IMG/VR virus record: IMGVR_UViG_3300048606_000077
Coordinates: 4,380-68,379 of that record
DNA length: 64,000 bases
Source of the DNA: a virus
Lineage: Duplodnaviria > Caudoviricetes
Reading direction: 5' to 3' (one strand)
This document shows, piece by piece, positions 35,494 through 43,625 of the stretch. The notes below the pieces were generated by a model. That model was given only the letters and a program-made list of their open reading frames with translations, ran no database searches and was not told the origin of the DNA. How positions within the stretch are numbered: position 1 is the stretch's first letter; every line of letters starts with the position of its first letter. Both the position numbers and the translations under genes were made by a program.

Positions 35494-36167
35494 CAGTGCC
35501 TCGTGCTTCCTTCGTAGGCCAGCCATCCATTCGCCAGGTGGCTACCGGGCAGCGTGGCAGGGCGCAGCCCTTTCTCGCGTAGGGTAAACGGCTGCGAGAT
35601 CTGGTCTTGAAACGACCATGCGTACGTCTCGGCCAGCCACCGCACACCAAACTCCCGTACGGCCGCCGTGTGACGCCGGGCGATCACCCCGGTCGCCCAC
35701 AGTCCCCAGCCCTCCGGATGCCCAAGCTCGCTGTAGTGGTCGGCCTGCTCCAGCACCGGCTCACCCGCGTACTTCGCCAGCCCCGCGGACTCCTTAGCCT
35801 CCGCGAACAGGCAGTCCCGCCACGGGTGCACGAACTGGGCGATCGGCTCATCCTCCGTGAGCCCGGCCGTCGCCTCGATGGCGAACCGGTCGGAGACGAC
35901 CCGGAATGACGCGTCCACCCACAGCGACACGGGCGCGTCGGTGTAGCGCCACGGCTCGTACTTCGGATGCTTCGCCGCACGGTTCGGATGCACCTCCGGC
36001 CGAGGCTCGCAGATCATCGTCCAGCCCCGCGCCGCCTCCGCATCCGGGAGCGGCGCCCCGTCCGTGACGCACAGCCACTCGACATTCAGCCCGGCCTGCG
36101 GCAGCACCGGCTTCAGATGGTCGTAGGTGTCGTAGATCGCCGTGATCAAGGCGACATCAGCCGTCAC
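35493..36167 (-). CDS. DUF616 (TOD1/MUCI70-like) glycosyltransferase domain protein
   Basis: TAIYDTYD, AKHPK..P, SLWVDAS, HPWRDC.FAEA, QDQIS. Confidence 0.75.
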   Translation of the reverse strand: MTADVALITAIYDTYDHLKPVLPQAGLNVEWLCVTDGAPLPDAEAARGWTMICEPRPEVHPNRAAKHPKYEPWRYTDAPVSLWVDASFRVVSDRFAIEATAGLTEDEPIAQFVHPWRDCLFAEAKESAGLAKYAGEPVLEQADHYSELGHPEGWGLWATGVIARRHTAAVREFGVRWLAETYAWSFQDQISQPFTLREKGLRPATLPGSHLANGWLAYEGSTRH

Positions 36168-36970
36168 CGATACCACCGGACGGCGTCCGCAATGCGGTCC
36201 CAATCGTGCGTCGGCTTCCAATCCAGCCGCTCCCAGCCCTCACCCTCAGCGGCGATCCGCGCCGGCCCCTCACCCGCGCGCATCGGCAGATACTCGACAG
36301 CCGCCTTCGAGCCCGTCACCGCCAGCACATACCGCGCCAACTCATTCACCGTCACCGGCTCACCGGAGCCGGCATCGAACACGACGTCATCGCCGTGACC
36401 GCAGGCGTCGATGAGCATGCGGCCCACATCATCGGCGTGCACCAGGTCCACGACCTGCTCGCCATCGCCCCACACCGGCAACGGCACGCCGGCCCATGCG
36501 GCCCGCGCGAACGTCGGCAGGATCTTCTGCGGATGACCCGGCCCGAACTTCTGCCCCGGCCCGTACGCGTTGAACGCCCGCACATGCGACACCCGTACGC
36601 CGTACGCCAGATGCCACGCCGTCGCCAGCCGCTGCGCGGCCACCTTCGTCGCCGTATACACCGACGGGAACACCGGCGGCATCGTGATCCCCACGTACCC
36701 CGCACCGTTGCGCTCGCACCACCGCAAGACCCGCAACGTCCCCACCACGTTCACATCAACAGCGGTCTCCGGATCATCAAAAAGTTCCGCCGTCCCCAGC
36801 ATCCCCGCCAAATGGACCACGACATCAGCGCCGTCCAGCCCGTCCAACGAGCCGAGAATGTCGTTCCCGTCGGACCGGTCGAACGACCACGCCAGGTGAC
36901 CGGCCGCCTCAGCCGCCGCGATAGCCGCCCTGCCCAGGAACCCCGCCCCGCCCGTTACCGCGATCCTCAT
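36164..36970 (-). CDS. NAD-dependent sugar epimerase/dehydratase
   Basis: TGGAGFLG Rossmann motif, YTATK (YxxxK), RAFNAYGPGQ. Confidence 0.92.
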   Translation of the reverse strand: MRIAVTGGAGFLGRAAIAAAEAAGHLAWSFDRSDGNDILGSLDGLDGADVVVHLAGMLGTAELFDDPETAVDVNVVGTLRVLRWCERNGAGYVGITMPPVFPSVYTATKVAAQRLATAWHLAYGVRVSHVRAFNAYGPGQKFGPGHPQKILPTFARAAWAGVPLPVWGDGEQVVDLVHADDVGRMLIDACGHGDDVVFDAGSGEPVTVNELARYVLAVTGSKAAVEYLPMRAGEGPARIAAEGEGWERLDWKPTHDWDRIADAVRWYR

Positions 36971-36984
36971 ACGCTGCTCTCCGC

Positions 36985-37665
36985 TCACCACGGGGTGCGC
37001 CCCCACTTCGTCTGGAACGTCTGCCGGTCCCGGCCGGCTTGCGCGCCGAGCTCGGGGTGGACGTGCATGTATCCGTTGGGCCGCCGGTGCTCCACGGCGC
37101 ATCCCGGAACGAGGGCCGCCCCGCCGGCCTCGCGTGCCTCCCAGTCCAGCGAGTCGTCCGAGTACCACCACGCCATGGACTCGTCGAGGCGTAGCCGTAT
37201 CTCACCGCGGAGCATGTAGGCGTAGCCGGTGATCCGGTGGAACAGGTTCACCGGCTCGGCCCGCGTCCACACGGTGCCGAAACCGTCGTGCTGGTTCGGG
37301 TATGCAAGGACCGCCGTCGTATTGCGCATCGTGTGGGCCAGGGCGCCGGCCAGGTTCGGCGGGGCGACCACGTCATCGTTGACGACCAGCGTGTTCCACC
37401 GGCCCACGCCGTCGAGGATCATGCGCCGCTCGACGTGGTCGATGCCGAGGTTCCACCAGCGGGAGATGTTCCGCCCGGTGCCGGTGTCATCGACGGTTAC
37501 GGTGCCGGCGGTCCTGCGGCCGCGTAGTTCGCCGTTGGCGACGATGACGATGCCGTCGACCTGGCCGACGAGGGAGGCGATGCAATCTTGCAGGAGGTCA
37601 CGCCCGGCGGAGGGGATGACGGCCCAGGTTGGCGGGATCTCCGCTGTGGCGCTCATGGCGGCCAT
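36985..37665 (-). CDS. GT2-family glycosyltransferase
   Basis: VIPS.GR..L..CIASL, WNLGI, LVVNDDV, DE.MAWWYSDD, VEH. Confidence 0.8.
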   Translation of the reverse strand: MAAMSATAEIPPTWAVIPSAGRDLLQDCIASLVGQVDGIVIVANGELRGRRTAGTVTVDDTGTGRNISRWWNLGIDHVERRMILDGVGRWNTLVVNDDVVAPPNLAGALAHTMRNTTAVLAYPNQHDGFGTVWTRAEPVNLFHRITGYAYMLRGEIRLRLDESMAWWYSDDSLDWEAREAGGAALVPGCAVEHRRPNGYMHVHPELGAQAGRDRQTFQTKWGRTPW

Positions 37666-37705
37666 GGTGGCAGCGTCACGGGCGCGGGCTTTCCGGCGCG
37701 AAAAC

Positions 37706-37734
37706 GGGCGGCAGGCCCGGGGTGCCTGCCGCCC
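37706..37734 (-). terminator. Rho-independent terminator between the 37749 gene and the glyco-operon
   Basis: GGGCGGCAGGC/GCCTGCCGCCC stem followed by GTTTT on the minus strand. Confidence 0.6.
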
Positions 37735-37748
37735 TACGGTGCCGGGTG

Positions 37749-38060
37749 TCAGGCGGCGGGGGTCACGGCGAGGAGGGTGACCTTCAGCTGACCGGTCGTG
37801 GGGGCGGTCGTGAAGTCGAGGCGGGCGCGGTCCTCATCGATCACGGTGACGGCGGCGGCGGCGGTGAGGGCGCCGGTGGATGTGTCGCGGATGACGGGCA
37901 CGAGTTCGAGGGCGTCGAGGTTGTGGGCGAGGGTGTAGCTGAGCGTGACGCCGTCGCCGATGGTGGTGGTGTAGGCGCGGTGTGCGGCGTCGTCACCGAC
38001 GTCGATGGTGGTGCAGACCTCAGCGCCGCTTTCGAGGGTGGTGCAGACCTTGATGGGCAT
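37749..38060 (-). CDS. Thr-rich small beta protein (virion decoration-like)
   Basis: GGGAGA RBS; YTLAHNLD...V.VID..RARLDFTTAPTTGQLKVTL; 19 Thr in 103 aa. Confidence 0.7.
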   Translation of the reverse strand: MPIKVCTTLESGAEVCTTIDVGDDAAHRAYTTTIGDGVTLSYTLAHNLDALELVPVIRDTSTGALTAAAAVTVIDEDRARLDFTTAPTTGQLKVTLLAVTPAA

Positions 38061-38116
38061 GGGGGTGTCTCCCGTGTGGGGCCGGAATGGTCCATTCCAG
38101 TTTGCCACGCGCCTGG

Positions 38117-38587
38117 TTACGCAGAGTCCAACAGGCGTCGCTGCGCCGCACCGAGCGCCGCTACCCGCTGCTCCGAACTCAACCCCAGAACATCCAACGC
38201 CGCCGTCAACGCATCGGCCACCAACTGCCCCTCCAGGTCGCGGTGCCGCTCCAGGACGACACTCAACGACTCCGTGGCGTCGAGGCCGAGCATGCGGGCG
38301 CGGCGTTCGATGATGCGCATGGCGGCGCCGCTGGCTTTGGTGTCGCCGTTGCGGGCGGCTGGGAGGAGGCCGGTGAGCATGAGGTCGAGGCGTTCGAGGT
38401 CGATGAGCGCGGCGTCGGTCTTGCTGGTTTGGGGGATGCTCTCGCGGATTTCGCTGATGATCCGGGAGACGCGCGATTGCGAGATCTCGTAATCTGCGGC
38501 GATTTGTTCCTGTGTGTGGCCGTATAGGTAGGCGCGCCATACTTCGCCGTCGCGGCCGTCGAGTCGTGGTCCGTCACGCTGCGGCAT
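38117..38587 (-). CDS. terS: Terminase small subunit (N-terminal HTH)
   Basis: GHTQEQIAADYEISQSRVSR HTH; ERLD.ML, IIERRARMLGLDA; AGGAGG RBS. Confidence 0.75.
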   Translation of the reverse strand: MPQRDGPRLDGRDGEVWRAYLYGHTQEQIAADYEISQSRVSRIISEIRESIPQTSKTDAALIDLERLDLMLTGLLPAARNGDTKASGAAMRIIERRARMLGLDATESLSVVLERHRDLEGQLVADALTAALDVLGLSSEQRVAALGAAQRRLLDSA

Positions 38588-38615
38588 GGGCACCTCCTGC
38601 CATGACTTTTTACCC

Positions 38616-38648
38616 AGTGTGCTGGCGTGAGTGTGCCCCACCTTCCGG
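38616..38648 (-). promoter_or_regulatory. Putative late promoter CCGGAA-N21-CACACT upstream of terS
   Basis: Same upstream hexamer and spacing; lies just downstream of the early-operon terminator. Confidence 0.45.
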
Positions 38649-38666
38649 GAGGACAGGGCGCATCCG

Positions 38667-38698
38667 AACGCCCCCACGCTCGGGGCGGTGGGGGCGTT
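38667..38698 (-). terminator. Hairpin ending the early operon
   Basis: AACGCCCCCAC/GTGGGGGCGTT 11-bp stem. Confidence 0.6.
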
Positions 38699-38736
38699 GT
38701 GTCCGGCACGGGGCCGATGCGTTCCTAGGCGCCATG

Positions 38737-38880
38737 TCAGCGTAGCGCGGGCTGCTCCTTGACGGCGGGCTGCTGGCGGTACTGGTCGGCGCGGTGGCCG
38801 CACATGCACTTCGGATCAGTGCAGTGCGCGCTGCGTGGAAGCTGCCGGTCAGCGGCGGTCGCGCAGGGTGGGCAGATCAC
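38737..38880 (-). CDS. Small Cys-rich protein (47 aa)
   Basis: AAGGA RBS; ICPPCATAAD...HC.DPKCMCGH. Confidence 0.6.
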   Translation of the reverse strand: MICPPCATAADRQLPRSAHCTDPKCMCGHRADQYRQQPAVKEQPALR

Positions 38881-38916
38881 TTGGTGTCCTTCGTGGCGGC
38901 TGGGCGTAGCGGGCGG

Positions 38917-39180
38917 TCAGGCGGCGCGGATCGGACCCTCATCCGGGCGGACGTGCCGCCAGCACACCCACGGCTCACGGCCAGCCTCGTCACGCTCCAG
39001 CTCGGTGACGGAGTAGCAGACCTCATCGGCTTTCAGCGGCTCGTCGCACTGCGGCGCGTCGCACGGGTCGTCGACGTGGGCGTGCGGCTTGGCGCAGCCG
39101 GGCGGGCAGGCGTGGGGTGTGGTCTCGGCCCATGCGTTCATGAGGGCGTATGTCTTGGTGTGGGTCCGGGTGATCTTCAT
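38917..39180 (-). CDS. Cys-containing hypothetical protein
   Basis: CPPGC, CDAPQC, WVCWRH. Confidence 0.65.
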   Translation of the reverse strand: MKITRTHTKTYALMNAWAETTPHACPPGCAKPHAHVDDPCDAPQCDEPLKADEVCYSVTELERDEAGREPWVCWRHVRPDEGPIRAA

Positions 39181-39276
39181 CGTGCGGCCGTCCTGTGAGT
39201 GGCGAGCGGTGGAGGGAGCAGGTCGTCATGGCGCTGGCCACGGGCAGGAACAGCGCCAGGTACAGGGCGATACCGA

Positions 39277-39507
39277 TCACGTCGGCGGGTGCTCCGTCAC
39301 GAACGAGATGACCACCGCGTTCGGCGCCGGCCGGACCGTCAGAGCGCCCTCCGGCAGGGCGCCCTCGGCGGCCAGCTCGCGGGCGTCGCGGTACGCCTTG
39401 TCGGCCTCAGCCCAGGCGGCGGAGAGTTCCGAGATGGGGGCGCCGGCGGGCGGGGGTGCGTCGACGATGAACTCTTCGCGGGTGGTGGTACGGCGGGTGT
39501 ACGGCAC
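39277..39507 (-). CDS. Hypothetical protein
   Basis: AAAGG RBS; VPYTRRTTTREEFIVDAPPP... Confidence 0.6.
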   Translation of the reverse strand: MPYTRRTTTREEFIVDAPPPAGAPISELSAAWAEADKAYRDARELAAEGALPEGALTVRPAPNAVVISFVTEHPPT

Positions 39508-39539
39508 GGTGTGGCCTTTCGTTGGGTTGGTAACGGGGG

Positions 39540-39638
39540 TTATCGGCGGCGGTATTGGCGGGCGTCGGCGACGGCGAGGTGCAGCACGTAGCCGACGGGG
39601 ACGGAGAGCGCGGCGAGGACGACCCACGCGGCGATCAC
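39540..39638 (-). CDS. Small TM peptide (32 aa)
   Basis: GTGA overlap; VIAAWVVLAALSVPVGYVLHLAVADARQYRRR. Confidence 0.45.
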   Translation of the reverse strand: MIAAWVVLAALSVPVGYVLHLAVADARQYRRR

Positions 39639-39940
39639 GACTCCTCCGTCCGGCTGCGCGTCAGGTCCGTGTCGAACACGAGGACGGGCCCGCGCTTCGG
39701 CGGCGGGTCGTTACGGTGCCGCCAGGCGTGCGCCGTCTCGCGTGGGCGCAGCAGGAACATCCACGCGATCTCGGCGACGTAGACGGGCTGTGCGAGCCAC
39801 CACCGGTAGTCCCGGCGGGTGACGCGCGGCGTCTGGTAGTTGAGCCAGTGGGCCCAGTCGGAGGCGCGGTGGGCGGGACGCCAGCGGCCGAGGAGGTAGC
39901 CGACGGCGAGGGCGGCGAGCGCGGCCCAGGCGGCGATCAC
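39635..39940 (-). CDS. Membrane-anchored hypothetical protein
   Basis: GTGA overlap; N-terminal TM segment; Trp-rich. Confidence 0.6.
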   Translation of the reverse strand: MIAAWAALAALAVGYLLGRWRPAHRASDWAHWLNYQTPRVTRRDYRWWLAQPVYVAEIAWMFLLRPRETAHAWRHRNDPPPKRGPVLVFDTDLTRSRTEES

Positions 39941-40320
39941 GCGGTCCACCGCCGAACAGCAATCCCGGCTTCCTCCGCGAGCCGGGCCGTATGGCTGGCG
40001 CCCCGGCTGCCGTTGCGGATGAAGGCCAGGCAGACGTCCGCGCCGAGGGCGACCATCTCGGCGTTGCGACGGAACCCGGCGCGCCGATCGAGGCGGCCGC
40101 CGCTGCGCCACTGCGCGGGGTGGCGTTCCTCGGTGAGGCCGATCACGTGGTGCTGGCGGGTCCACCAGGAGGCTTGGGCGTCGGCTCCGGTGGGGCACGC
40201 ACCGTGGACGATGACGGCGGGGACGTTCTGGTAGAGGGCGTGGGCGAGGGCGGCGTGGACCAGGTCCTCGGCGATCCAGTCCCTGCTTCCGGTGATGAGT
40301 ACGCGGTAGGGCTGGGTCAT
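39937..40320 (-). CDS. DUF2493 / SLOG (YspA-like) protein
   Basis: RVLITGSRDW, VHGACPTGAD, AG.RRNAEMV, SRGASHT. Confidence 0.85.
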   Translation of the reverse strand: MTQPYRVLITGSRDWIAEDLVHAALAHALYQNVPAVIVHGACPTGADAQASWWTRQHHVIGLTEERHPAQWRSGGRLDRRAGFRRNAEMVALGADVCLAFIRNGSRGASHTARLAEEAGIAVRRWTA

Positions 40321-40544
40321 CGTCGCCCCGCCCGACGGGCCGTACGACGCTGTGCGCGCCTCGTAGCCCGATCCGGTACTCCGGGGCGACCGGAGGCGTC
40401 AGCGACGCTCTCAGGGCCGCACGGAGGCTCAGCGTCCTCCGACCACCCGAACGGCGACCCGTCGTCGCCCTCGACCACCACCTCCGTCCAAGCCACCGCG
40501 GTGTCCCACGAGACGCCCGGCGTCGGCGAATGCTCGGCGCTCAC
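40317..40544 (-). CDS. Hypothetical protein
   Basis: Overlapping start/stop coupling on both sides. Confidence 0.5.
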   Translation of the reverse strand: MSAEHSPTPGVSWDTAVAWTEVVVEGDDGSPFGWSEDAEPPCGPESVADASGRPGVPDRATRRAQRRTARRAGRR

Positions 40545-40786
40545 CGCTGCGCCCCCTCAGTGAGAGCCGCTCTGACCTCGGCCCACAGGCCCTGCGTCAC
40601 CACGCCCGCATCCACGAACGACACCCGGCCCGGCCCCGACTTCGGACAGCGGGCAGCCCGCTCGGCAGCGAACGACCGCCCCCACAGCGCCTGGGACACG
40701 CCCATCAGCTGCGCTGTCGTGATGCCCAGCACCGCAGCGCTGTTCTCGTTCACCCTCGCCAGGCGCGCGCTCACCGCTGCGCCCCC
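40537..40786. repeat. 20-bp direct repeat GCGCTCACCGCTGCGCCCCC flanking one gene
   Basis: Exact copies at 40537-40556 and 40767-40786. Confidence 0.85.
40541..40774 (-). CDS. Hypothetical protein
   Basis: GTGA-coupled; VSARLARVNENSAAVLGITTAQLMGV...EGAQR. Confidence 0.6.
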   Translation of the reverse strand: MSARLARVNENSAAVLGITTAQLMGVSQALWGRSFAAERAARCPKSGPGRVSFVDAGVVTQGLWAEVRAALTEGAQR

Positions 40787-41043
40787 GCCCCGGCCGCCGG
40801 CTGACCGCACGTCGGACACTCACGCCGCAGCACACCCACCCGGAAGCCGGCGGCGACCGCGGCCTGACGGTCGTGGACGCCGAACTTCACGAACACGGCC
40901 CGCGCGTACGTCTTCACCGTGTCGACCGACAGGCACAGCTCCTGGGCGATTGAGCCGTTGGACTGGCCGCGGGCCATGCCTTCGAGGACTTGGCGTTCGC
41001 GGGCGCCGAGGGATTCGCCGTGCTTTGGCGGGTTGGCGGGCAT
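40771..41043 (-). CDS. LuxR-type HTH regulator (candidate late activator)
   Basis: LGARERQVLEGMARGQSNGSIAQELCLSVDTVKTY...KFGVHDRQAAVA; C-terminal CPTC. Confidence 0.85.
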   Translation of the reverse strand: MPANPPKHGESLGARERQVLEGMARGQSNGSIAQELCLSVDTVKTYARAVFVKFGVHDRQAAVAAGFRVGVLRRECPTCGQPAAGAGAQR

Positions 41044-41432
41044 CAGCGGGTCACCTCGCCGAGCAGGACACGGGCGATGGCGAGCGGGCCGTGGACCCAC
41101 GCGGCGAGCTCCCCATCGGTCAACGCCGGGCTCTGCCGCCGCATGTCGTCGGCGACGTTGGCCTCGACGTCCAGTAGCTCCGCGAGCGCCAGGCCGACGC
41201 CGGGGTGCATGAGGGCGATGTAGCCGGCGTTCGCCCCGTTGCTCATCGGCTCGTCGACGGCGTACTGCGGCGGCTGGTCCTCGGAGCCGGGGCCGTCGTG
41301 GAGCAGCCGGTCACCGCCGTCGAGGCTGGCCCATGGCGGCGGGGTGATGCCGGGTGCGGTGGCGTGCTGCCTCAAGCGGGCGGCGGCGAGGCGCAGCAAA
41401 GCGGCGGGCGACTCGGGGGTCTGGTCGGTCAT
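41043..41432 (-). CDS. Hypothetical protein
   Basis: TPPPW, NAGYIALMHPGVGLALAELL. Confidence 0.7.
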   Translation of the reverse strand: MTDQTPESPAALLRLAAARLRQHATAPGITPPPWASLDGGDRLLHDGPGSEDQPPQYAVDEPMSNGANAGYIALMHPGVGLALAELLDVEANVADDMRRQSPALTDGELAAWVHGPLAIARVLLGEVTR

Positions 41433-41629
41433 GGGGTCACCTGGATCTGGTTTAGCGGCACGCCGGCCGCGAGCTGGGCGTGAAGGCTCCGGAGCCGGGC
41501 CATCGCCCGGTCATCGCGGCGGTTCAGTGCCATCCGGGTACCGGCGGGCAGTGCGGCCCAGCAGCGGCGGCACAGGTACTGGCGGGGGGCGCGGGGGCTG
41601 CGGCAGGACGGGCACGGAGTCGCGGTCAC
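41429..41629 (-). CDS. Small zinc-finger protein
   Basis: CPSC...YLCRRCW.ALP. Confidence 0.7.
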   Translation of the reverse strand: MTATPCPSCRSPRAPRQYLCRRCWAALPAGTRMALNRRDDRAMARLRSLHAQLAAGVPLNQIQVTP

Positions 41630-41997
41630 AGGTCCTCACCCGCCCGCAAGCGCTTGAGCCTCATGACGAAGTCGTGGCACTCCGGATGCCAGCGCTCCGG
41701 CCCGTCGAGGCTGTGGGAGTACGCGCCGCTCACGGGCTGCCCGCAGTGATCGCAGAACGGCCCACGGCGGGTCAAGTGATGGGCCAGCCACGCCCGGCCC
41801 TCCAGCCACGCCGCAGGCCGCTCAGCCACCCACCCAGCGACCACCCCGAAGGCGATTACGGCGGCGAAGAACACGCCGAGGTGCCGCCCCGTCGCCGCGC
41901 AGACAAGCGCGGCGAAGATCATCCCGAGGGTGCTGGTGATCCCGCAGTAGACGATGACCGCAGCGGCATGGGTCCGGAGTCCACGTGAGGTGGTCAC
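41626..41997 (-). CDS. Two-TM protein with C-terminal zinc finger
   Basis: TM segments then CDHC...HPEC. Confidence 0.65.
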   Translation of the reverse strand: MTTSRGLRTHAAAVIVYCGITSTLGMIFAALVCAATGRHLGVFFAAVIAFGVVAGWVAERPAAWLEGRAWLAHHLTRRGPFCDHCGQPVSGAYSHSLDGPERWHPECHDFVMRLKRLRAGEDL

Positions 41998-42381
41998 AGC
42001 GCCTCACCCCCGGCAGCATCCACGTCCTGTCGCGGCGTGCACCACGGCGCTCCGGGGCATTCGCCGAACCCGTCGTGCCGGGAGCACAGCAGCTTCGACG
42101 GGTACGGCCCGCCGGCCTTGTCCGGGTCGATGCGGTCGGCGGCCTGGCGGAAGCGGATGCGGCGCACATTGTGAGCCATGCGGCTCTCGTCGAGCTGACG
42201 GGGCGCGTCGGCGGCGGCGCGGAGGTCGCCAGTGGCCTCGGTGACGGCGCGCTCGCCGATGGCCTGCTGGTAGGCGAGTAGCACGTCCTCAGCGAAGTGT
42301 TGCCGGAGCCAGGCGTCGATGACGGCCGGGCTGGCGGTGAAGCGCGGCGGCTTGCCGGGGGTGGTCACAGTGCCTCACCCC
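41990..42381. repeat. 21-bp near-perfect direct repeat flanking one gene
   Basis: GTGGTCACAG(C/T)GCCTCACCCC at 41990-42010 and 42361-42381. Confidence 0.8.
41994..42368 (-). CDS. Hypothetical protein
   Basis: GTGA-coupled; GC3 bias. Confidence 0.65.
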   Translation of the reverse strand: MTTPGKPPRFTASPAVIDAWLRQHFAEDVLLAYQQAIGERAVTEATGDLRAAADAPRQLDESRMAHNVRRIRFRQAADRIDPDKAGGPYPSKLLCSRHDGFGECPGAPWCTPRQDVDAAGGEAL

Positions 42382-43249
42382 GCCCAGCGGCGGCGCGGCG
42401 CAGCAGCTCGTCGAGCATCCCGGCCGTACCAGGGATACCGCCCGCGATGATCCCGTTGCGGAGCATCTCGGTGGGGAACTGCACCTCGCACGTAACGCCG
42501 CAGTACCCGTGCTCGCCGTCCGCGTGAGCCTGCTCGACCTCGTGCACGTCGCAGAGCTCGCCGTCCTCGCAGGGGTTCGGCTCACTGCACGGGGTGCGCT
42601 CGGGCTGGAGCTGCTGCGCCTCGTCGGCTGCGCGCTGCATAGCGGCGATCTCGTCAGCGCCGAAACCATCACGGGCGAGGCTCGCGGCCATCTCGTCCAC
42701 GTCATCGGGCCCGGCCTCATCGGCCATGCGGCGCAGCTCCTCGATGACCCACGCGCGGCCCCGGTCGTAGCCGCTCTCAGGCTCGTAGGGCGCCTCCAGT
42801 TCGTCGGCGGCTTCCCGCAGCACGGCACCTCGGCCCACGGGCGCGGGCAGCACGGACAACACCGCGTCGGCCCGGCGCCCGGAGTGGCAGGACCCGACCC
42901 CGCCATCGGGGTGGAAGCAGCCCAACCAATACGGACGGCCGGTGTGCGGGCACGGGTGTGTGTGGTGGGCGTTGTCGAGCGCGGTGATGATGCGGTCGCG
43001 GGGGTCAGCCCGGTCTGCGGCTGCGGTCTGTCCAACGATCGCCTCACAGCCCTGGCTCATCTCGTGGATCGCGTCGCCCAACATCGCGTGCAGGACCCGC
43101 GCATCAGCGAGCGGCACGACAACCGGCTCCGGCTCACTGCGACCGGGGACGCGGACGTCGATCTCTATGGTGGCGGTGGGGCCGGTGCCGGTGGTGGCGA
43201 CGCTCTGACCCCAGGTCCATGCGGCGGCGGTGGTGGGTGTGTTGGTCAC
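42365..43249 (-). CDS. Multi-segment hypothetical protein
   Basis: GAGGA RBS; mosaic of short Cys/His motifs typical of the early region. Confidence 0.7.
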   Translation of the reverse strand: MTNTPTTAAAWTWGQSVATTGTGPTATIEIDVRVPGRSEPEPVVVPLADARVLHAMLGDAIHEMSQGCEAIVGQTAAADRADPRDRIITALDNAHHTHPCPHTGRPYWLGCFHPDGGVGSCHSGRRADAVLSVLPAPVGRGAVLREAADELEAPYEPESGYDRGRAWVIEELRRMADEAGPDDVDEMAASLARDGFGADEIAAMQRAADEAQQLQPERTPCSEPNPCEDGELCDVHEVEQAHADGEHGYCGVTCEVQFPTEMLRNGIIAGGIPGTAGMLDELLRRAAAGRGEAL

Positions 43250-43298
43250 GGGTTCCTCGTCTCGTTGGCCTGCCCGGACGTTGGCCCGGCGGCGGCTG

Positions 43299-43625
43299 TC
43301 ACTGGCGTTCCTCGCGCATCCGCAAGGCGTCAGCGACGGTGAAGCCGTTGACGGTCACGTGCGGCGCGGCTTCCTTGGCGAGGCGGAGTGCGGTGTCGAC
43401 GTCGAAGCGGTGAGCGTTGAGCCAGCCGTCACCGCGGCCGTAGGGCTTCACGCCGTCCGCCCATTCGCCGTCTGCGCCGAGGCATGAGCTGTGGCGGATG
43501 ACGGCCCAGCGGCCTTCGCCCCGGTACTGGACGGTGATGGCGAACACGTGGGAGTCGATGCCGTCTTCGGGGAGGCAGTTGACGCGGTATTCGACGGGTT
43601 GGACGGTGGGCTCTGGTGTCGTCAT
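43299..43625 (-). CDS. Hypothetical protein
   Basis: YRVNCLPED...FAITVQYRG..RWAV. Confidence 0.7.
   Translation of the reverse strand: MTTPEPTVQPVEYRVNCLPEDGIDSHVFAITVQYRGEGRWAVIRHSSCLGADGEWADGVKPYGRGDGWLNAHRFDVDTALRLAKEAAPHVTVNGFTVADALRMREERQ

Noticed and set aside
33934-37665. Glyco-operon as a DNA hypermodification system
   Set aside because: No base-activating enzyme (hydroxymethylase, TET/JBP, C5-methyltransferase, Dpd/Que genes) was recognised in the window. Not excluded, but less supported than protein glycosylation.
37672-37696. CCGGAA upstream of the first GT2 as a fifth late-promoter copy
   Set aside because: Spacing to the GACGCT hexamer is 13 nt, not 21-22.
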